Shown in pieces: positions 5,814 through 11,494 of a DNA stretch of 11,494 bases. The position numbers and the translations under genes were made by a program. The stretch's first letter is position 1. Every line of letters starts with the position of its first letter. Source of the DNA: Archangiaceae bacterium (GTDB lineage: Bacteria > Myxococcota > Myxococcia > Myxococcales > Myxococcaceae); NCBI GenBank assembly GCA_043750125.1, contig JAYVCD010000323.1:1-11494 (forward strand), in the 5' to 3' direction. The notes below the pieces were generated by a model that made no database searches, was not told where the DNA came from, and was given only the letters and a program-made list of their open reading frames with translations.

Positions 5814-8651
5814 ATGGCCAAGTCGCTCGTGATCGTCGAATCGCCCGCTAAGGCGAAAACCATCGGCCAGTTCCTGGGATCCGACTTCACCGTGATGGCC
5901 AGCATCGGCCACGTGGTGGACCTTCCTTCCTCTGGTTTGTGTGTCGATACCGAGAACAACTTCGAGCTCACCTACGAGGTGACGAAGAAGGACGTCGTCC
6001 GCGATCTGAAGGAAGCGTTGAAGAAGGCCAGCGCCCTGTACCTCGCGACCGACGAAGACAGAGAAGGGGAAGCGATCGCCTTTCACCTCAACGAGCAGCT
6101 GAAGCCCAAAGTGCCCGTGAAGCGGATGGTGTTTCACGAAATCACCAAGGCGGCGATCAAGCATGCGCTCGAGGTGAGCCGCGACATCGACCGCAGCCTC
6201 GTCGACGCCCAGGAAACCCGCCGCACTCTCGACCGGCTCTTTGGCTACGAGGTCTCGCCGGTGCTGTGGCGCAAGGTGAAGGGCGGGCTGTCTGCCGGCC
6301 GCGTTCAGTCGCCCAGCATTCGCTTGATTGTCGAGCGCGAGCGCGAGCGAATGGCGTTTCGTTCGATCGCCTATTGGGACCTCGGCGCCAGGCACCCCAC
6401 CCCCCCGGCCTTCACTTCGTCCTTGCTCGAGATCGACGGGAAGCGGGTCGCCGCCGGCAAAGACTTCGATCAGCTCGGGAAGGCCACCCGCGACGTGGTC
6501 CTGCTCGACGAGGCCCTGGCCCGACAGCTGGCCGAGCGGCTGGTGGGGCTTCCGTTCGTCGTGCGCAGCGTCGAAGAGCGCCCCTCGCGCTCATCGCCCA
6601 AGCCGCCGTTCATGACGTCCACCCTGCAGCAGGAAGCCGGCCGCAAGCTCAACATGAGCGCCCAGCAGGTGATGCGCATCGCCCAGGGTCTGTATGAGAA
6701 GGGCTTCATCACCTACATGCGCACCGACTCGACCAACTTGTCCGAGACCGCCGTCACCGCGGCCCGCGCCCAGGTTCAGGCCCTGTTCGGCGCAGAGTTC
6801 CTGCCCGCCGAGCCGCGCACCTACCTCAAGAAACAGAAGAACGCTCAGGAAGCACACGAGGCCATTCGCCCTGCCGCGGAAGCCGACGACGCCGGCGTCG
6901 TGAATTTCCGTTCTACCGAAGAGCTGAAGGCCGAGCTCAACGGCGCCGAGCTCAAGCTTTATGACTTGATCTGGAAGCGGACTCTCGCTTGCCAGATGAA
7001 CGACGCGATCGGCGTCTCGGTTTCCGCCCGCATGGGCGTCAAGACCGCGAAGGAAGACGTCGTCTTCTCCGCGTCCGGGCGGACCCTGACTTTCCCCGGC
7101 TACCTGCGCGCGTACGTCGAAGGCAGCGATGACCCCGACTCGGAGCTCGAAGACCGCGAGACCGCGCTGCCGGTCCTCAAAGAAGGCGAGGCCGTTCCGA
7201 CCGAAGGCATCGAGGCCCGCGGTCACACCACCACCGCCCCCGCCCGCTACACCGAAGCGTCCCTGGTCAAGAAGCTCGAAGAGCTCGGCATCGGCCGTCC
7301 TTCTACCTACGCGTCGATCATGGGCACTCTCCAGGCCAAGTACGTCTGGAAGAAAGGCCAGGCCCTCATCCCCGCCTGGGTCGCCTTCGCCGTCGTCAAC
7401 GTGATGGAACAGCACTTCGGCGGACTCGTCGATTACAAGTTCACCGCTCGCATGGAAGACGATCTCGATGAGATCGCCGCCGGCGAGCAGGACAAAGTCC
7501 CCTACCTCAAAGAATTCTACTGGGGAAAACCGAAGATCGGCCTGGTCGGGCTGCACCAGCAGGTCACCGAAAACATCGCCGACATCGACGCCGCCGCCGT
7601 CAATTCGATTCCGATCGGGAAGGACCCTTCAGGCGTCGACATCATCGTCAAGCCCGGTCGCTACGGCCCGTATTTGAAGCGCGGCGAAGACACCGTGTCC
7701 GTTCCTGAGAATCTCGCTCCCGATGAAATGACCGTCGCCCGCGCGATGGAGCTGCTGTCTGCTCCCCGCGGCGATGTTCCCATCGGCGTCGACCCCGTCA
7801 GCGGGAAGAACGTCTACGCCAAGAACGGTCGCTTCGGCGCCTACGTCCAGCTGGGCGAGATGCCCGAAGTGAAGGGCAAAGGGAAGATCGCCCAGGAAGA
7901 CAAACCCAAGACCGCTTCGCTCTTCAAAGACATGAAGCTCGACGGGCTCAAGCTCGAAGACGCTCTCAAGCTCCTCGAGCTGCCCCGCTCGCTCGGCGTC
8001 GTCGATGAGAAGGAAGTCGTCGCCGCCAACGGTCGCTATGGCCCGTATCTGAAGTGGGACACCGAAACCCGCAACATGGGCGTCGACAACGAGGCCCGGC
8101 TCTTCACCATCAGCCTCGATGAGGCCATGGTCATTCTTCGCGAGCCCAAGCAGTTCAAGGGCCGCGGTCAGGCCAAGCCCCCCCTTGCCTCGTACCCTCC
8201 CGACCCCGTCTCTGGAAAACCCGTCGTCCTCAAGGAAGGCCGCTTCGGGTTCTATGTCACCGACGGCGAGACCAACGCGTCCCTGCGCCGCGGAGACGAG
8301 GTCGCCGATCTCACCGCCGAACGCGCCTATGAGCTGATGGAGCTCCGCCGCGAATACATCGCTTCCGGCGGCGGGAAGAAACCCAAGAAGGTCAAGAAGA
8401 CTTCCGCCAAGCCCAAGGCCGTCAAGGCCGCTTCTCGCACCGCCGATAAGGCGCCCGCCAAAGTCATCAAGCCACCGGGCAAAGTCGGCGCCAAGCCGCC
8501 CGGCAAAGTCGCCACCCCGCCCGGCAAAGTCGCCACCCCCTCTAAAATCACCAAGCTCAGCGCCGCCAATTCCCCAGATAAGACTTCCAAGAAGGGCGCT
8601 CCGAAGAAGGCCGCCAAATCCAAGAAGTCCGGGTCCGTCGCCAGCCGGTAA
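5814..8651 (+). CDS. topA: DNA topoisomerase I (type IA) with four Topo_C_Rpt-type C-terminal repeats and a Lys/Ala/Pro-rich tail, 945 aa
   Basis: LVIVESPAKAKTI, ATDEDREGEAI (TOPRIM), SAGRVQS, ITYMRTDS (catalytic Tyr codon 6714-6716), AQEAHEAIRP, GIGRPSTYA, FTARMEDDLDEIA. GR[YF]G-x-Y repeats begin at 7656, 7827, 8031 and 8238. No CxxC zinc-ribbon motifs. Confidence 0.98.
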   Translation: MAKSLVIVESPAKAKTIGQFLGSDFTVMASIGHVVDLPSSGLCVDTENNFELTYEVTKKDVVRDLKEALKKASALYLATDEDREGEAIAFHLNEQLKPKVPVKRMVFHEITKAAIKHALEVSRDIDRSLVDAQETRRTLDRLFGYEVSPVLWRKVKGGLSAGRVQSPSIRLIVERERERMAFRSIAYWDLGARHPTPPAFTSSLLEIDGKRVAAGKDFDQLGKATRDVVLLDEALARQLAERLVGLPFVVRSVEERPSRSSPKPPFMTSTLQQEAGRKLNMSAQQVMRIAQGLYEKGFITYMRTDSTNLSETAVTAARAQVQALFGAEFLPAEPRTYLKKQKNAQEAHEAIRPAAEADDAGVVNFRSTEELKAELNGAELKLYDLIWKRTLACQMNDAIGVSVSARMGVKTAKEDVVFSASGRTLTFPGYLRAYVEGSDDPDSELEDRETALPVLKEGEAVPTEGIEARGHTTTAPARYTEASLVKKLEELGIGRPSTYASIMGTLQAKYVWKKGQALIPAWVAFAVVNVMEQHFGGLVDYKFTARMEDDLDEIAAGEQDKVPYLKEFYWGKPKIGLVGLHQQVTENIADIDAAAVNSIPIGKDPSGVDIIVKPGRYGPYLKRGEDTVSVPENLAPDEMTVARAMELLSAPRGDVPIGVDPVSGKNVYAKNGRFGAYVQLGEMPEVKGKGKIAQEDKPKTASLFKDMKLDGLKLEDALKLLELPRSLGVVDEKEVVAANGRYGPYLKWDTETRNMGVDNEARLFTISLDEAMVILREPKQFKGRGQAKPPLASYPPDPVSGKPVVLKEGRFGFYVTDGETNASLRRGDEVADLTAERAYELMELRREYIASGGGKKPKKVKKTSAKPKAVKAASRTADKAPAKVIKPPGKVGAKPPGKVATPPGKVATPSKITKLSAANSPDKTSKKGAPKKAAKSKKSGSVASR
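8451..8539 (+). repeat. Coding tandem repeat in the topA tail (21-24-nt units, PPGKVAT-like)
   Basis: CCGCCCGGCAAAGTCGCCACC occurs as two exact copies at 8496-8516 and 8517-8537, preceded by diverged units encoding APAKVIK and PPGKVGAK. Confidence 0.9.
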
Positions 8652-8844
8652 CGGGAGCGCTCCTCACCGGTCGGAAACCAGGGACCTTGCTCCCGCCCTT
8701 CGCCCAGGGCTCTTCCACCATCGATTGAAGGACCACCCCGGCATGCCCTCACCCCGGGTTCTCGCCGCTGATCCATTTGGGCATTGGCGGAATCAGATTT
8801 TCTGGGGCTCTGCGCACCCTCCCGCGTTTTTTTCCCGACCTTGT

Positions 8845-8876
8845 CCCTCCAACCACACCCTGATGTGGTCGGAAGG
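8845..8876 (-). terminator. Stem-loop 13 nt downstream of the oxidoreductase stop; possible non-canonical terminator or 3'-end stabilising hairpin
   Basis: Minus-strand RNA CCUUCCGACCACAU-CAGG-GUGUGGUUGGAGGG forms a 14-bp stem with three G-U pairs, which only pair on the minus strand. No U-tract follows. Confidence 0.5.
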
Positions 8877-8889
8877 CCAAGCCCAGGCT

Positions 8890-11494
8890 TCAGACCCGAA
8901 TCAGCCCCGGCGTCTTCTTGATCAGGTGATCCAGCCACAGGTTTGATTGCTTCTCGAGCACCGTGTTCGCCCTCAGCCGCGAGTTCAGGTGCACGAAGTC
9001 CACCTCGTCCAGATGTTGATCCTGGTTCGAGCACGAGAAGACGAACGATTCTTTTCCTGTTTTTGGATCCACATGGCGCTGAAGACACTGCGCGCAGATC
9101 TCTTTCATCATGCACTGCATCGGAGAGTTGATGCTTCCCACCGCCGTGTGCGCCGGCTTCAGGTACGGCTGCAGCACTCCGTGTCGGGCGTCTTTCACCG
9201 CCTTCATCATTCGATCGCTGCCAATCACAATCAGCCGATCGACCGTGCGCAACGGGACGATTTGTCTTCCCAGCTCACCCTTCGCGTACGCCACCATCGC
9301 CTGCACCACGTTGCCGTGGAAGGAACGGTCTTGCTCGCGCCTCGGCTTGATCAGCTCGCCCGAGTCCACCGACCAGATCACCTGATCCGTGCCTTTCTCT
9401 ACGTCGTCCATCTTGAAGCTGTCTTCCCTCGTCCGGTAACCGGCGAAGTAGATCACCGCGCAGCCCGCTGCCTCGAGCGCCTGGCCAATCGAAAACAACA
9501 CTGCGTTTCCCAGCCCTCCTCCCACCAACAACACCGTCTCGTTGTTCGGAATGTCCGTCGGCGTTCCCGTCGGCCCCATCAACACCACCGGTTCACCCGG
9601 CTTCAGCGCTGCGCACAGCCGCGAGCTGCCCCCCATCTCGAGCACGATCGTGCTCATCAACCCCTTCTCTTTGTCGACCCAGGCCCCCGTCAGCGCCAGG
9701 CCTTCCATCGACAACGTCGTCTCTTCGACCCGCGGGACTCGCCGTTCGAAGTTCTGCAGCCGATAGAACTGGCCCGGTTGAAAGTGTTTCGCCGCGAACG
9801 GCGCCCGCACCACCACCTCGACAATCGTCGGAGTCAGCCGATTCACCGCCACCACCGTCGCAAGGAACGCGTCGTCCAGCCGCTTGAACAGCTCGGCACT
9901 CGAACGGGTCGCGTCTGAAGCCGCCGCAATCTCTTTTGCAAACAGCTTGGCCACCTGCGGGTACCCGTCTTTCGCCGACGCCATCGCCTTCACCACGTTG
10001 CCCGCATAGGTTGGGTGGTTGTCCCCGTAGAAGCTGATGAACCGGTGGTCTTTGGCGTACGAGGTGAAGAAGCCCGTGTCCTTCCCGATGTCCTCATGCG
10101 GGTGGACCTCGTGCAGCTGCCAGCCGTCGGGCCCGTCCGTCAGATCGTACCCGCGGAAAAAGCTGCGCTCGTTGTCGAGCAGGAACGTGTTCGGGTACTC
10201 GTGCTCGTAGGTCACGTTGGGCTTGGTGCCCGCCGCGACGCAGACCGTCTTCGCCGGAAGCTCGTAATAGGTGCCCGTGCCCTTGAGCTTTCCGTCGATC
10301 GTCGACATCCGCTCGAACTTCATCGCCTTCAGCGCCCCGAATTCGTCCGGCACCGCTTCGATCGGCGCCACCCGTTCGATGATCCGGATTCCCTCTTCCA
10401 GCGCCTCAGCGACTTCTTCGTGGTTGAGCCGATATGCCGGCGATTCGATCAGCGACCGGCGGTAACAGAGGCTGACGCCTCCCCAGGCACGCACCAGAGG
10501 AATGAAGTTCGGCTTCTCGTCCACCTTCGCCGCCCGCGCGCGCTCGGCTCGAATCGCGCGGCCGTGCTCGAGGAACGTCAGGTAGGTCTGCTTCTCTTCC
10601 CCGTCCAGCTTCGCCAACACCTTCTCTTCGCCGATGTCCGCCACCAACTTCTCGTGCCGCCCCAGCACTTTTTCCACCTGCACCGGGTAATAGGCGAACA
10701 GCTCGGTCGCGGTGTCGATGCCCGTCAGGCCTCCGCCAATCACCAGCGCCGGAAGCTGCACCTGCAGGTTGGCCAGTGAGTCTTTCTTCGCCGCCCCGGT
10801 GAGCTGCAGCGCCATCAGGAAGTCGCTCGCCGCCCGCATTCCGCGCAGCAGGTTGTTCTTGATGTTGAGCAGCGTCGGACTTCCCGCGCCCGCCGCGATC
10901 GCGATGTGATCAAAGCCCAGCGCCCACGCGTCCTCGATGGTCAGCGTGCCGCCGAAGCGAATGCCGCCGTACATGTTCAAGTGCTCGCGCCGAGCCAGCG
11001 TCAGGTGGATCAACGTGAGGAACGTCTTGTCCCACCGCACCGTGATTCCGTACTCAGAGACGCCGCCGAAGCCGGCGAGCACCCGCTGATCCAGCGAGAC
11101 CGCCAGCTGCTTGAAGTCCTTCAAGGGCTGCAGCCGGGCACCGTTCTTTCCGGTCAAGGCGTCTTCGAACGGCTCGACCTTCAACCCGTCGATGCCCGCG
11201 ACCGCGAACCCTTCGTTCAGCAGGTAGTGGCTCAGCGTGTAGCCGGCAGGCCCCAGCCCCACCACCATCACGTTCTTCCCGTTGTACGGAAGCGCGTACG
11301 GGCGGGCGAGGTTGAGCGGGTTCCAGCGCGTCAACAGGCCGTAGATTTCAAAGCCATAGGACAACGCCAGCACATCGGTCAGCGCGCTGGTTTCAATCTG
11401 CGGAATGTTCACCGGGTCCTGCTTCTGGAAGATGCAGGCCTTCATGCAGTCGTTGCAGATTCGATGGCCGGTGCCGGGGCACATCGGGTTGTCG
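8890..11494 (-). CDS. Large FAD-dependent Fe-S oxidoreductase: GltD/NfnB/SudA-like module fused to an FNR/PyrK/NfnA-like module with a C-terminal [2Fe-2S]-type motif; 5' end lies beyond the window
   Basis: The frame is open to the edge (DNPMCPGTGHRICNDCMKAC, a GltD-like Fe-S region). Rossmann motifs VVGLGPAG and VIGGGLTGID; GGVSEYGI; then FQPGQFYRL, MGPTG, LVGGGLG and SPMQCMMKEICAQC...FSC. Confidence 0.88.
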   Translation of the reverse strand, partial: DNPMCPGTGHRICNDCMKACIFQKQDPVNIPQIETSALTDVLALSYGFEIYGLLTRWNPLNLARPYALPYNGKNVMVVGLGPAGYTLSHYLLNEGFAVAGIDGLKVEPFEDALTGKNGARLQPLKDFKQLAVSLDQRVLAGFGGVSEYGITVRWDKTFLTLIHLTLARREHLNMYGGIRFGGTLTIEDAWALGFDHIAIAAGAGSPTLLNIKNNLLRGMRAASDFLMALQLTGAAKKDSLANLQVQLPALVIGGGLTGIDTATELFAYYPVQVEKVLGRHEKLVADIGEEKVLAKLDGEEKQTYLTFLEHGRAIRAERARAAKVDEKPNFIPLVRAWGGVSLCYRRSLIESPAYRLNHEEVAEALEEGIRIIERVAPIEAVPDEFGALKAMKFERMSTIDGKLKGTGTYYELPAKTVCVAAGTKPNVTYEHEYPNTFLLDNERSFFRGYDLTDGPDGWQLHEVHPHEDIGKDTGFFTSYAKDHRFISFYGDNHPTYAGNVVKAMASAKDGYPQVAKLFAKEIAAASDATRSSAELFKRLDDAFLATVVAVNRLTPTIVEVVVRAPFAAKHFQPGQFYRLQNFERRVPRVEETTLSMEGLALTGAWVDKEKGLMSTIVLEMGGSSRLCAALKPGEPVVLMGPTGTPTDIPNNETVLLVGGGLGNAVLFSIGQALEAAGCAVIYFAGYRTREDSFKMDDVEKGTDQVIWSVDSGELIKPRREQDRSFHGNVVQAMVAYAKGELGRQIVPLRTVDRLIVIGSDRMMKAVKDARHGVLQPYLKPAHTAVGSINSPMQCMMKEICAQCLQRHVDPKTGKESFVFSCSNQDQHLDEVDFVHLNSRLRANTVLEKQSNLWLDHLIKKTPGLIRV

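Noticed and set aside
6393-6406. C-rich run with a C7 tract in topA (another at 8178-8184) as a phase-variation site
   Set aside because: Short, in frame, encodes prolines, and lies in a housekeeping gene.
8805-8833. Canonical intrinsic terminator for topA at the T7 run
   Set aside because: Only a weak stem of about 4 bp precedes the T-run, so it cannot be called with confidence.
8652-8889. dif site, oriC, tRNA or CRISPR array in the spacer; 73-aa ORF at 8725-8946
   Set aside because: No XerC/D-like AT-rich 28-mer, DnaA-box cluster, cloverleaf or regularly spaced repeats; the ORF has no motif and overlaps the oxidoreductase end.

Overview
High-GC bacterial chromosomal DNA, most consistent with Myxococcota (inferred from a TIGR02996/LRR protein, a small 4-Cys protein of a type seen in myxobacteria, and a Cys-rich insert in a lipoprotein). 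From left to right: (1) a minus-strand gene pair, an 830-aa VolA/Pla-1-like lipoprotein lipase with a duplicated N-terminal domain overlapping the start of a FadL/OmpP1-like transporter that the ORF track misses (it runs off the left edge); (2) a YbhB/YbcL (PEBP) gene broken by an internal deletion and frameshift; (3) a small C-x5-C-x13-C-x2-C protein with a candidate sigma54 promoter; (4) a TIGR02996-LRR protein with an unrecognised N-terminal domain, followed by proline iminopeptidase (pip); (5) topA with four zinc-free C-terminal repeats and a Lys/Ala/Pro tail; (6) a convergent, 5'-truncated GltD/NfnB-like + FNR/NfnA-like fused oxidoreductase. I saw no RNA genes, CRISPR arrays or transposases. 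The most unusual non-gene signal is a strand-specific C-over-G bias of roughly 4 kb that starts in the middle of topA and continues through the oppositely oriented gene. All family assignments are from motif recognition, not database searches.
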